A DNA stretch of 64,000 nt, from the sequence record OZ035850; one strand, written 5' to 3'. Shown piece after piece: positions 23,135-32,638 of the stretch. A model generated the notes under the pieces. That model saw only the letters and a list, made by a program, of their open reading frames with translations, did no database searches and was not told where the DNA came from. The translations under genes and the position numbers were made by a program. Source of the DNA: Escherichia phage vB_Eco_TB37. How positions within the stretch are numbered: the stretch's first letter is position 1; the number at the start of each line of letters is the position of its first letter.

Positions 23135-23164
23135 ACTATAACACAACACGAGGGACTTGTAAAC
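23135..23164 (-). promoter_or_regulatory. Early sigma70-type promoter (-35 GTTTAC, 18-bp spacer, -10 TATAGT) for the 96-aa ORF
   Basis: Hexamers read on minus strand; part of a 53-bp repeat shared with the alc promoter. Confidence 0.65.
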
Positions 23165-25221
23165 TACATCTTGAACTTTTTAGACATTCCGTTGATGTTA
23201 ACCAAAGAAGCCAAGATTTGAGAAACTTCGTTTTCCTCTTCTTTTGATTCTTCTACAAGGAATTGATTAAATCCAGCCATTGGACGAACTTCACCAGTTT
23301 CCATTAAATGGTCGCCATCATATACTGATTCTTCTAATTGTTCAGAAGGAGGAACGATTGTACCTTCGATTAGATACTTGTTATAAGCAGTTTCTTTCAT
23401 AAAGTACGTACTTACTTTATTAATCTTCAGTAAAATTCCACGCGGTAGAATAACTTCAGCTTCTGATGGAAATCCTGATAAATGACCTGGAACGATAACT
23501 TTGATTCGCTCAGCTCCTTTAATTACCATACCCACGCTAGTTTCAGCATCTTCAATGGCATATGTAGAATGACTACCCATATGCATTAAATCTTCTGCAT
23601 CAACGGAACCTTCTCCTTCGCCAGAAAATACTGCGCCGGAATCATCTAGAGCCATATAGTTTTTACCATGCTCACCGAAGATATTTGGTTTAAGTGATGT
23701 CGATACGAAGTTCTTGAAATAGAACATTTTGTTTTCAATGTTATGACGCAAAGTTTTAAAGGTAACTTCTTGTCCACGGTAAAGTGTAGTTCCTGGAGGA
23801 AGAACTGATCCTTTGGCAAAGGCAGAATCCAACGTCTCGATGTGCTTAATAGCTCGTTCCATATATTCTTCACGGGTAGAATCTGGTTTACCCAAAAGGA
23901 ACGAGTTCATTTCAACATATGAATCTGCACAATAATCTTCAATTACATCAGATTCAGCTTGGGTTAATCCTTTTGGAGTTACTTCGGTGCTTGCGTATTC
24001 ATATGCCTGGGCAGCAGATTCATTAATCAATTTATAAATGCCATTCATGACAAATTGAATAATAGCTGTCTTTTCATCTGGCGTAGCTTTAGAACCTTTA
24101 ACTAAATCATTAATAATTTTCTTAATAACATCAAAGCTATTAGAAATATTAATGTCAGCAAGATCGCTTAAAATTTTATCAGTTTTATAATCAAAGAATT
24201 CTTTATTCTTTAAATATTCTTGAGAACCTTGATATGTTATATCGCTCTGCAACTTGATAGATGGATCACGTAAACGTGCATGGGCTAATGCAATATGATT
24301 TCGGAAGTTTTCTAGTTCATAATCGTTAGATTTAAAACGAGAAGCACTTCTCATACCACCGATAGCTCCTTTGCTAAAGTTTGAACCAATCTGGATAACC
24401 CCGGAGTTCATCGGACCTTCTGCTTTATATACCGGAACTTTAGATTCAAACTCTTGATATTTCTTGGCAGCGAAGCTATCACCCTGGAGTGAAGCATCAA
24501 CAGTAGAATATTGAGCTTGTGCTGCTAATCGACGACTAATTTTAGTTTTCTGAATAACAGCTTGATCCGTGCGCTTATCATTTTCTAAAGCAATAGAAGC
24601 AGCAACAGCAACAGCTTTAGGAACAGCATTACCTGTTTTAACGTCTACATAAACATCACCAACCTTTGATTCAACTTTTGTGAATAACTCAGTTGAAATA
24701 GGAGGTACACCTGGAATGTCTTCTAAATTGGCATTTTTACGGTAAACCATAATATATGCATATTTCTTATCATAGTCCCAGATTTCCTTTAAGAGAACAT
24801 ATCGACCTGCTCCTTTAGTACGTACTAAACGGTCAGCAATAACTTGCATTTGACGAGCTGCGCCATTTGTTTTACTCTTTAGTACGCGGAATAGGCATGC
24901 GTCGATTTTATACTGTTTCATTGTTTGAAGAGCAGTATCAAAAACAGCATTAATGACGCCAATTGGATTTCCACCCAAGTTTCTAAGCTTAACCAGCGAT
25001 AATTTCTCGTTGACACCTATCATTACGATATGCATCATTTTATCGCCCGGCTTAACGTTTTTATTTGTATCACCGCCAGAGGTGTATGTACAAAATCTAA
25101 ATCCAGGAAGCACGCTTTCTTCACCGGCTTGAATAGCAAAAATTTGAGGTATTTTATGCTTAGGATTTAAGTTAACAACCGGCGCCGAAGCGCCGTCAAA
25201 TAATTCTGTAATAAGTTCCAT
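23164..25221 (-). CDS. Alt-like ADP-ribosyltransferase paralog, 685 aa
   Basis: N-terminus MELITELFD and C-terminal R-S-E motifs (YRGQ, FVSTSL, EAEVILPRG) shared with adjacent alt; AAGGA RBS, 3 nt after alt stop. Confidence 0.8.
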   Translation of the reverse strand: MELITELFDGASAPVVNLNPKHKIPQIFAIQAGEESVLPGFRFCTYTSGGDTNKNVKPGDKMMHIVMIGVNEKLSLVKLRNLGGNPIGVINAVFDTALQTMKQYKIDACLFRVLKSKTNGAARQMQVIADRLVRTKGAGRYVLLKEIWDYDKKYAYIMVYRKNANLEDIPGVPPISTELFTKVESKVGDVYVDVKTGNAVPKAVAVAASIALENDKRTDQAVIQKTKISRRLAAQAQYSTVDASLQGDSFAAKKYQEFESKVPVYKAEGPMNSGVIQIGSNFSKGAIGGMRSASRFKSNDYELENFRNHIALAHARLRDPSIKLQSDITYQGSQEYLKNKEFFDYKTDKILSDLADINISNSFDVIKKIINDLVKGSKATPDEKTAIIQFVMNGIYKLINESAAQAYEYASTEVTPKGLTQAESDVIEDYCADSYVEMNSFLLGKPDSTREEYMERAIKHIETLDSAFAKGSVLPPGTTLYRGQEVTFKTLRHNIENKMFYFKNFVSTSLKPNIFGEHGKNYMALDDSGAVFSGEGEGSVDAEDLMHMGSHSTYAIEDAETSVGMVIKGAERIKVIVPGHLSGFPSEAEVILPRGILLKINKVSTYFMKETAYNKYLIEGTIVPPSEQLEESVYDGDHLMETGEVRPMAGFNQFLVEESKEEENEVSQILASLVNINGMSKKFKM

Positions 25222-25224
25222 GAT

Positions 25225-27321
25225 TTATCCTTGAACGAACTTGTAAGGCATGTTTGTAATATCTATGCAAGACGCAATAATTCCAAGAGATGATTCTACT
25301 TTCTGTTTAATATTTGATGAAACAAATGATGCAAAGTCAACTCTGTCTTCTATTTCAATATCACCTGTCATTGCAACTACTTCGCCGGTTTCCATTAAAC
25401 GGTCTCCGTCATAGATTACCGATTCGGTGAGTTCTTCCGTGGTCATAACTTCAGCTTGAATGAGTTTTGTATTATTAGATGTTGTTCCGTCATTATTAGA
25501 AGCATCGGTTATTTTATTAACTTTGACCATCAATCCGCGCGGTAGAATAACTTCAGCTTCTGTTGCTATTCCGAGACTTCCTGGATATACAACATTAACT
25601 TTATGAGCTCCATCAATTGCCCATCCTATTTGAACTTTAACGTATTCAGGATTTTCTTTATACGCTCTTATTTCGTTTGGATTAATAGTTATTCCTTCTT
25701 CATTTTTATCAACTGTTAATTCATTACGAGCTTCTGGTTCTAAAAGACCAATACCAGCATGTGTAATTCCAAAACGTCCAAAAATGATAGGAGTTAAAGA
25801 AGTAGATACAAAATTTCTGAAATAGAACACTTTATTTTTAACTAGTGCTTCGTATATAGGAGCAGTCATACTTTGAGCACGATAAACTGTAATGCCTTCC
25901 GGTATGCGGTCACCATTTTCAAAAGCTGAATCTAAATTATTTATAGCAGATTCAATTTCTTTTTCACTCATTACATCATATCGTTCTGGATTGTAACGAC
26001 CTAAAAGAAGATTATTAATGTCTGTATATCCTGAACCGCAATATTCTCTAATGCCACGCTTTTGTGATGGAGTATATTTAGAACCATCACGGGCAATAGT
26101 AATATCAATCATTGGACCAGCACCAATTCCAGAAAAGCTATAAATCATTCGTTTGAGGAATTTAGTTTTTGCTGCATTCCAGGCATTTTTAGTTATTTCT
26201 CCCCAGACTTCATCTGGCTGCCCTTTACGAGTTTTATTATGTTTATCAAGCCAATTATCTTTATATTCTTCAAAGAGTTGATTAACAGCTGCTGCGTATT
26301 TCTCTAAACATTTTATTGAAGTAGTTGGTTCATTTTTAATCGCATTAAGAATTACATCTTTAATTTTTTCAGAAACTTCATTAACCTCACTTTTTGAAAA
26401 GAATTTATAGTCATAATGAAGTTCATTCGCAGTTCCTTCGGCAATAATTTTTGCTGCCTTAGTTTTAGAAGCTAATGAATTAATTCCAAGCTTCATTTCT
26501 TCTGCTTCGGGAATTAAAGGAGCGGTAGCAGGTTTATTGAAATTAGCTGCGGTAGATTCATACTTCTGGAATAATTCACTTTCAAATCTAGAAGATTCCA
26601 ATGATTGACTTTGCGCAATTGCTCTACGGGAAATTTTAACTTTAACGATTACAGCTTGGTCAGAACGTTTATCATTTTCTTGTGCAATAGATGCTGCAAT
26701 TGCCTCATTTTTAGTTACTTGAGCTCCAGTATCTTTATTGATATAAACATCGCCGACTTTCGATTCAACTTTAGTAAAGAGCTCGGTACTAATTTCCGGA
26801 ACTCCTGGAATGTCTTCTAGTGATACATTTTTGCGATGTATAAGAATATATGCATACTTTTTATCATAATCCCAGAGTTCCTTAAGAAGGACGTATCTGC
26901 CACCTGAACGACTACGGATAAGTCTATCAGCAATAACTTGAATTTGTCGAGCTTGACCAGCGGTTTTAGACTTAAGAATACGAAGCATACAAGCATCAAT
27001 TTTATACTGACGCATTGTTTGCATTGCAACAGTAAAAACTGAATTGATATAATTAATTGGGCTTGGACCGAGACCTTTTAATTTAGCAATTGAACCTTTG
27101 GCAGTTAATGTAAAAGGAACAATATGCATCATTTTATCGCCCATCTTTAAATCGCGATTAGTATCACCTCCAGATGTATAGGTACATAAACGAAATCCTG
27201 GTTGTTCAATTGCATCATCAACGTGAACTGAAAAAATTTGTGGTATTTTCTTCTTTGGATTTAAGTTTGTAATCGGAAGAGTAGTATCTTCGTCAAATAA
27301 TTCTGTAATGAGTTCCATCAT
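25225..27321 (-). CDS. alt: Alt ADP-ribosyltransferase (head-packaged), 697-698 aa
   Basis: N-terminal MELITELFDEDTTLP, ART catalytic motifs YRAQ / FVSTSL / EAEVILPRG, position next to gene 30, late promoter motif upstream. Confidence 0.88.
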   Translation of the reverse strand: MMELITELFDEDTTLPITNLNPKKKIPQIFSVHVDDAIEQPGFRLCTYTSGGDTNRDLKMGDKMMHIVPFTLTAKGSIAKLKGLGPSPINYINSVFTVAMQTMRQYKIDACMLRILKSKTAGQARQIQVIADRLIRSRSGGRYVLLKELWDYDKKYAYILIHRKNVSLEDIPGVPEISTELFTKVESKVGDVYINKDTGAQVTKNEAIAASIAQENDKRSDQAVIVKVKISRRAIAQSQSLESSRFESELFQKYESTAANFNKPATAPLIPEAEEMKLGINSLASKTKAAKIIAEGTANELHYDYKFFSKSEVNEVSEKIKDVILNAIKNEPTTSIKCLEKYAAAVNQLFEEYKDNWLDKHNKTRKGQPDEVWGEITKNAWNAAKTKFLKRMIYSFSGIGAGPMIDITIARDGSKYTPSQKRGIREYCGSGYTDINNLLLGRYNPERYDVMSEKEIESAINNLDSAFENGDRIPEGITVYRAQSMTAPIYEALVKNKVFYFRNFVSTSLTPIIFGRFGITHAGIGLLEPEARNELTVDKNEEGITINPNEIRAYKENPEYVKVQIGWAIDGAHKVNVVYPGSLGIATEAEVILPRGLMVKVNKITDASNNDGTTSNNTKLIQAEVMTTEELTESVIYDGDRLMETGEVVAMTGDIEIEDRVDFASFVSSNIKQKVESSLGIIASCIDITNMPYKFVQG

Positions 27322-27341
27322 ATCCTCTCTAGTGTTTATTC

Positions 27342-27349
27342 TATTTATA
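27342..27349 (-). promoter_or_regulatory. Late promoter motif (minus strand) upstream of alt
   Basis: Plus-strand TATTTATA about 20 nt upstream of alt ATG. Confidence 0.6.
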
Positions 27350-27370
27350 AAATTAAAGGCCCGAAGGCCT

Positions 27371-27559
27371 TTAATAATCTATTGGTAAGAGAGTACGATA
27401 TATTTCAAACTTTGGACCTTTTTCATAAGCATCAAAAGTTTCTGTGAATTTATTATAAGCATATGCATCTATAAATTCAATCATGATTTGTGATACAGAA
27501 GTAGAAACATCTCCACCTTCTTTTTGAGCCACGACAATTGTTTCTAAGTAAGCTTTCAT
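27371..27559 (-). CDS. Hypothetical protein, 62 aa
   Basis: ATG overlapping ligase stop (ATGA), followed by hairpin. Confidence 0.55.
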   Translation of the reverse strand: MKAYLETIVVAQKEGGDVSTSVSQIMIEFIDAYAYNKFTETFDAYEKGPKFEIYRTLLPIDY

Positions 27560-29019
27560 AGACCAGTTACCTCATGAAAATCACCAAATACATCTTCGAA
27601 TGTATTAGCTTTAGTTTTATCTTCACGTAAACGAATCGCAATCGGAAGAAATAATTTAACGTAATCAGTGCGGCCATCAGATTTTAACCAACCGTTGCAT
27701 TCGCACTCTAGAATTTTTCCAATATAATAATTTTGATTTTCCATAATGCGAGTACGGTCAAGTTCATGTGATTTTACGCCGGCTTTATCTTTTAAGCCTG
27801 AACCCGCATTTACCTTAATTTTTCCACACTCTGACTCAAGAATAAATCCACCTGCTTTAGTAGGGTCTTTACGGTGAGGATAAATTCCTACAATTTTTAA
27901 ATCAACATCAATTACTTCTTTAAATTTATAGAGATTTTTTGAACGAGCATTTTCCCATAATCCATCGATATTTTTGAGAATAATACCTTCAAGACCTTGG
28001 TCAATATACTTTTTATAAATTACCTTAGCTTCATCTAGGTTATTTACTACTTGGTTTTCAATTAAAATTACTTTATCATAGCCTGATGTCATTTGTTCTA
28101 GTTTAGAAAAACGTACATCATATTTCAAACGAAATGCTGGAAGACCGTATATTTCTACCAACGGAACATAATCCCAGACCTGAAACTTCATGCATTGTGC
28201 TTCTTTTTCTGAAATAGTTCCCTTTAAAGATTTATTAGCGATTCCATTAGAAGTAGTACGTGATTCAGCTACTTCAGCAAACTCTTTAGCTTTACTAATT
28301 TCAGGATAAGCATCAAAAAGAAAATCTAGGCCTTCTGGCTCCTTTTTAACTTGCTCATGGTATACCAATTCGCCATCAATTAACACACCTTCTGGATGAA
28401 TCTGGCGGGCTTCAGCGGTCATTTTGATTAACTCTTCCTTAAGAAGATCTAATCCTAGATATTCATTACCAGCTCGTGATAAAAGACGGACATCATCTAA
28501 TTCATCACCTCTAACTTCAGCAAAACACCGAGCTCCATCTGCTTTTAATTGTGCAAAGGCTGGAAATTTGATATTCTTACTAATGCCTTTTTCATCATAA
28601 GAACTTGCGAGCATTTGAGGTTGTTCAGGAATTAAACCTGGCCAAACTTTGTTTGCAATAGATACTGAAGCACCACATTCAAGGTCTCGCATCATCACTC
28701 GACGCAAAACTTCAACATCATCTTTTTTACCGTCAGTAATATAACCTACTAATTCCTCAATTGCCGCATTTCCAGTCAATTTCCGAGTAGCTAATGTAAA
28801 TTCAATGAAGTCAAGCATATCGGTAAGAGTCAACATTCCAAAACTCTGGGTAGCAATACCAGGTTTAGGCCATTTCTTGATATAATACTGCAACCCACGA
28901 GAATAAGTCAGACGATATACTCGTTTAAGCAATTCATTATCTTTATTCTTTTCAAGAATTGCTTGCTTCTGCTTAGTTGAACCAATAGATGCTATTTCGT
29001 TCAGAATTTTAAGAATCAT
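27556..29019 (-). CDS. 30: ATP-dependent DNA ligase gp30
   Basis: 487 aa, adenylation lysine motif (KADGAR), T4 ligase N-terminus MILKILNEIASIGSTKQKQ. Confidence 0.93.
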   Translation of the reverse strand: MILKILNEIASIGSTKQKQAILEKNKDNELLKRVYRLTYSRGLQYYIKKWPKPGIATQSFGMLTLTDMLDFIEFTLATRKLTGNAAIEELVGYITDGKKDDVEVLRRVMMRDLECGASVSIANKVWPGLIPEQPQMLASSYDEKGISKNIKFPAFAQLKADGARCFAEVRGDELDDVRLLSRAGNEYLGLDLLKEELIKMTAEARQIHPEGVLIDGELVYHEQVKKEPEGLDFLFDAYPEISKAKEFAEVAESRTTSNGIANKSLKGTISEKEAQCMKFQVWDYVPLVEIYGLPAFRLKYDVRFSKLEQMTSGYDKVILIENQVVNNLDEAKVIYKKYIDQGLEGIILKNIDGLWENARSKNLYKFKEVIDVDLKIVGIYPHRKDPTKAGGFILESECGKIKVNAGSGLKDKAGVKSHELDRTRIMENQNYYIGKILECECNGWLKSDGRTDYVKLFLPIAIRLREDKTKANTFEDVFGDFHEVTGL

Positions 29020-29285
29020 TGTTCATCCTTTAGAGTTTGGTTTACAGCTCTATTATAAATCAATTCATCATTAAGCTCAGTCAAAGACCTATGATATGTG
29101 GTTCTAACTTTATTTCCTTGCATCCAGTGCTTGACGTAAATGAAACCTTGCTCTACACATTTTTTAAAAATTCGTTCGTCTTTTTGAGCTCGGAATTCTG
29201 GATTGCATCTAAAAAATTGATTTACGTGACCATAATCACGTGTAGTATTACCTTCATTTTCATAAATAGTGTGAACAACAAACAT
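29016..29285 (-). CDS. Hypothetical protein (position of T4 30.1)
   Basis: 89-aa ORF coupled to neighbours. Confidence 0.6.
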   Translation of the reverse strand: MFVVHTIYENEGNTTRDYGHVNQFFRCNPEFRAQKDERIFKKCVEQGFIYVKHWMQGNKVRTTYHRSLTELNDELIYNRAVNQTLKDEQ

Positions 29286-30121
29286 TAGAATGCTCCTTGG
29301 AAAATATTATCACCACAAGTAGGTCTATTATACAAATACTCTATACCACCGGGTTTAATATAGTTCCATGTCTGAAACGGATGCGTCTGATATGGATGAT
29401 ATGGATTATAAGGATTAAATCCAGGAGTTCTCCAGGTAGTGTTCCAACGAAAAGAATCATTTTTAATCATCTTCTCGATTGTATCTTTTATAGCTTTTTC
29501 ACGATCAAAACTTTCTTTATTTTCCTTCAATGGAAAAAGCTTATTCTCTACATCATTCCATGTATAAACTCGCTGTGCAGTTTTTGGAATACTGTCACGC
29601 TCTCCTCGAGCCATCCAATACACAGGAACACGTAATATTTCACTCGCATGATCGCAGTGGTGAGCGAGATCGTCAATATAACAAATTACGTTATATTTCT
29701 CTTTTGCCTTTTTGAACAACTCTTCTTTTGAAGAATCATGACCACACATCATTACTTCTGAGAAGGCACCAGGAAAAAGAGCATTCAAATTAAATTGACG
29801 ATTCAACAGAGCGTCAATAGAATCACCCAATGCTGTAACAGCTACAAAATTATAATCTTCTTTTAATTTGTTAATTACACACAGAGCATCTTTATATGGA
29901 GACAAGTAACGAATAAAATCTGATCGATTGTATTTTTCAATTAGCTTAACGCCAAGTTCTTCATCACAGTTAAAGAGTTTACCAGGAGAAATAAATTTCT
30001 CATCTTGGATCATTTTTAAAATATGTTCTAACGGAAGATTATATTTCTGAGCAAAATAAGGAAGGCCTGATTGCCAGCTTAAACATACTCCATCAATATC
30101 AGTTAAAATAGTAGGCTTCAT
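29285..30121 (-). CDS. HAD-superfamily hydrolase-like protein (position of T4 30.2)
   Basis: 278 aa; N-terminal ILTDIDGV matches HAD motif I (DxDGx). Confidence 0.6.
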   Translation of the reverse strand: MKPTILTDIDGVCLSWQSGLPYFAQKYNLPLEHILKMIQDEKFISPGKLFNCDEELGVKLIEKYNRSDFIRYLSPYKDALCVINKLKEDYNFVAVTALGDSIDALLNRQFNLNALFPGAFSEVMMCGHDSSKEELFKKAKEKYNVICYIDDLAHHCDHASEILRVPVYWMARGERDSIPKTAQRVYTWNDVENKLFPLKENKESFDREKAIKDTIEKMIKNDSFRWNTTWRTPGFNPYNPYHPYQTHPFQTWNYIKPGGIEYLYNRPTCGDNIFQGAF

Positions 30122-30582
30122 AGAGAGTCTCTTAATAGGTTTAACACATCAATAAATTCAGCTTCGGTTAGTATTGTATCATCTTTTGTTAGACCACTAG
30201 CCATGCTGTGCTTCAAAACTTTTCCTTTCGAGGCTTGTAATGCATCACGAAAGCCCTTGTTTTGGATCGCTGCTTCAAAATATGCATTTGTGTATAATTC
30301 TTTCCACGCCGGGGAGTATCTTGAAAATGGAACTCCAAGCCAGAAGAGGGTCCCATGGTCCTGAGCTCTAGCATAAGACCTTCCAGCTTGTTGGGCGGCA
30401 AGCCCGGATAATCCAAATATACGACGTTGTTGTTCAACGTTTTTCACCTTACATCCTTGGAGGAATCCTTCGAGACCTCCGAATTGAATACCATCCATGA
30501 CGAAAGGCCATTGGGCAAAATTACTTAATGCGCATGATGGCCATCTAAAATTACTTCTAATCTCTAACTCAGACATTTTCAA
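30118..30582 (-). CDS. NADAR-like (YbiA/DUF1768-type) putative ADP-ribose processing protein (position of T4 30.3)
   Basis: 154 aa; SNFAQWP...DG motif and overall size resemble the NADAR family; from memory, not a search. Confidence 0.5.
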   Translation of the reverse strand: MKMSELEIRSNFRWPSCALSNFAQWPFVMDGIQFGGLEGFLQGCKVKNVEQQRRIFGLSGLAAQQAGRSYARAQDHGTLFWLGVPFSRYSPAWKELYTNAYFEAAIQNKGFRDALQASKGKVLKHSMASGLTKDDTILTEAEFIDVLNLLRDSL

Positions 30583-30775
30583 TGCTTATAATTTCAACAT
30601 CAGCCCAATGACCATAGCAAGGAAGACGAAATTCAACTGGCCAGTTAGGGTCCTTTTCTAATATAATAGACTTAACTTGTGGTTCTTCGTGTTCATCAGT
30701 ATACGGATTTTTATCTGTTACTTTATATGTGACCTTAATGTACTGAATTCCAAAAATCTTATTAATTATATTCAT
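30569..30775 (-). CDS. Hypothetical small protein, 68 aa
   Basis: ORF in tightly coupled early gene string. Confidence 0.5.
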   Translation of the reverse strand: MNIINKIFGIQYIKVTYKVTDKNPYTDEHEEPQVKSIILEKDPNWPVEFRLPCYGHWADVEIISIENV

Positions 30776-30969
30776 ACTAATTCCTTTAATCCGTAGATAG
30801 GAGATAATTCATCACCCATACGAAGGTCTTCATTTCCATCTACCCAGGAAACAATATAAGCCTCTTTTATTTGAATACCACTCCATTTAAATGGAGGTAG
30901 AACCTTAGAAATTAATCCAGGTATACCAACTCCCTTTAATTCAACAGTTTGACCTAAAAAGAATTTCAT
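30772..30969 (-). CDS. Hypothetical small protein, 65 aa
   Basis: ORF in tightly coupled early gene string. Confidence 0.5.
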   Translation of the reverse strand: MKFFLGQTVELKGVGIPGLISKVLPPFKWSGIQIKEAYIVSWVDGNEDLRMGDELSPIYGLKELV

Positions 30970-31256
30970 TAGAACCTCATCTGAAAACCGTGCGATTTAA
31001 CATTACCGCCGCCAATATCAGAAATGTTAATTTCACGCGCAATTGAAGGGTCAATGTCAATTTCGCGATTGAGTTTAGTGATAGCTAAAGTATCACGCCC
31101 ATTTACTGTACGGAATTCTAAAGGACAAACCACATCAACGTAGTTTTTAATCGATTCGCTAGTAGGTTGCAAATGTGCAGGAAGGTCTTTAGGTGCCTTT
31201 GAGAAAACAACTTCACAGAAATTTTTGCGGGTATCAAAATAAGTAGTCATAAACAT
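30969..31256 (-). CDS. Hypothetical protein, 95 aa
   Basis: ORF in tightly coupled early gene string. Confidence 0.55.
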   Translation of the reverse strand: MFMTTYFDTRKNFCEVVFSKAPKDLPAHLQPTSESIKNYVDVVCPLEFRTVNGRDTLAITKLNREIDIDPSIAREINISDIGGGNVKSHGFQMRF

Positions 31257-31296
31257 AATATTTTCCTCAATAGGGACCGAAGCCCTTTATTTTATT

Positions 31297-31674
31297 TTAA
31301 ATATCAAATTCGTTAAGAACTACATCAAAGATTGCTTCAAGATGCTCAGGTTTAGCTCTGTTACTCAGAATATGACGAATCCAAGTTTTAACTAAGAGTT
31401 TACGATTAGCACCATTCCAGCAAGGATGAGTCCCTAAATCGCGTTGACGGAAATCATCATCCAGAGCGATTTTGAAGTTGGAACCTTCCATCGTGATTGA
31501 AACCGTGATACCGTTTTCAAATCGCATATAAACGTAGTTAGGAGTCATATACTGTTCAATTTCGCATACTGATCCGTTTTGATGTTTCCAGAGGCAAATA
31601 GTATCAATAGAACCTGCAATACCATTAGAAACATATTTACGTTCAAAGTTGATGTAGTTCATTTTATTCTCCAA
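31297..31674 (-). CDS. Hypothetical protein, 125 aa
   Basis: ORF. Confidence 0.55.
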   Translation of the reverse strand: MENKMNYINFERKYVSNGIAGSIDTICLWKHQNGSVCEIEQYMTPNYVYMRFENGITVSITMEGSNFKIALDDDFRQRDLGTHPCWNGANRKLLVKTWIRHILSNRAKPEHLEAIFDVVLNEFDI

Positions 31675-31729
31675 GATGTTTAATTGCGGTACAGGTATAT
31701 AATATCATATCCTGTACCAAAGTAAACAA

Positions 31730-32062
31730 TTATTTTACTACTTTCCAATGCTGCATGTCAAGTTTACCAACTTTTTTCATCTTCTCAATTAAGCGTTCTG
31801 CACGTTGGCGAGCTGTAACATAATGCCATTCGCCTAATTCATTTTGTTCAATTTTTCCAACGATTACTGTATTCAATTCATAAATCCAACCAGTAAAGAA
31901 ATTATGAACTTGAATTGTAAAGGTGAAATCTGTTCCCATACCTTCTGTTGTTTCTACTTCAATAATATCACCTTCAACTGCCATTAAGAACCACATAGTT
32001 TCATTATATTTACCATTGAAGCATTTAGTTTTAACTGCAGCGTTCAGATTAATCGTTTTCAT
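31730..32062 (-). CDS. Hypothetical protein, 110 aa
   Basis: ATG with AAGGAG RBS downstream of early-type promoter. Confidence 0.6.
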   Translation of the reverse strand: MKTINLNAAVKTKCFNGKYNETMWFLMAVEGDIIEVETTEGMGTDFTFTIQVHNFFTGWIYELNTVIVGKIEQNELGEWHYVTARQRAERLIEKMKKVGKLDMQHWKVVK

Positions 32063-32089
32063 TTTATTCTCCTTTGTTTGTGTAAGATA

Positions 32090-32119
32090 ATACTATCACA
32101 AAGGAACTATACTGTAAAC
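32090..32119 (-). promoter_or_regulatory. Early sigma70-type promoter (GTTTAC, 18 bp, TAGTAT)
   Basis: Hexamers on minus strand just downstream of strong terminator; precedes ORF 31730..32062. Confidence 0.55.
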
Positions 32120-32138
32120 AACTTTATGCAATCTTTGG

Positions 32139-32168
32139 AAAATAAAAAAGGACTCCCGAAGGAGTCCT
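32139..32168 (-). terminator. Strong intrinsic terminator (minus strand)
   Basis: 8-bp stem AGGACTCC-CGAA-GGAGTCCT followed on minus strand by a U-tract. Confidence 0.7.
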
Positions 32169-32172
32169 CAAC

Positions 32173-32349
32173 TTATGCTTTCTGCTTACCAAAACGAGAA
32201 GCATCATCTCGAAGAACCGCACGTGCTCGGCGCATGATCTTCTCAACAGTTTGATTGATACGAGAGTTCGACCCACGCTTGTAACCAGCGCGTTTAGAAT
32301 CACCAACTTTCTTTTCAACTGCTTTCTTTGCTTTAACTTGTTTTGCCAT
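32173..32349 (-). CDS. Small Lys/Arg-rich basic protein, about 58 aa
   Basis: Track ORF 32173..32391; in-frame ATG at 32349 (MAKQVKAKKAVEKK) avoids overlap with upstream ORF; strong terminator follows. Confidence 0.45.
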   Translation of the reverse strand: MAKQVKAKKAVEKKVGDSKRAGYKRGSNSRINQTVEKIMRRARAVLRDDASRFGKQKA

Positions 32350-32381
32350 TATAAATTCTCTTTTAAATGAAAATGCAGGAC

Positions 32382-32570
32382 TTATTGGCATTGCCTGCGC
32401 AAGCCCTCAAAGGGGTACTTAGGTTTTGAATATTTACCGACAGGATAACCATAAACCTCGTCATCATACCACCAAGACTTACACAGATAACACTTTTCTG
32501 ACGCATGATAGTAACATTCAAGAGGTACACCATAAAACTGCCGGGGTCTTAAAACTATAATGATTCGCAA
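32382..32570 (-). CDS. Hypothetical Cys-rich small protein, 62 aa
   Basis: ORF only. Confidence 0.4.
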   Translation of the reverse strand: MRIIIVLRPRQFYGVPLECYYHASEKCYLCKSWWYDDEVYGYPVGKYSKPKYPFEGLRRQCQ

Positions 32571-32638
32571 ATCATTAATCAGACAGTTCGATGGCTCCTC
32601 GATTTTAGCTCACACTAAGGCAGTGAATCTCCAATAAA

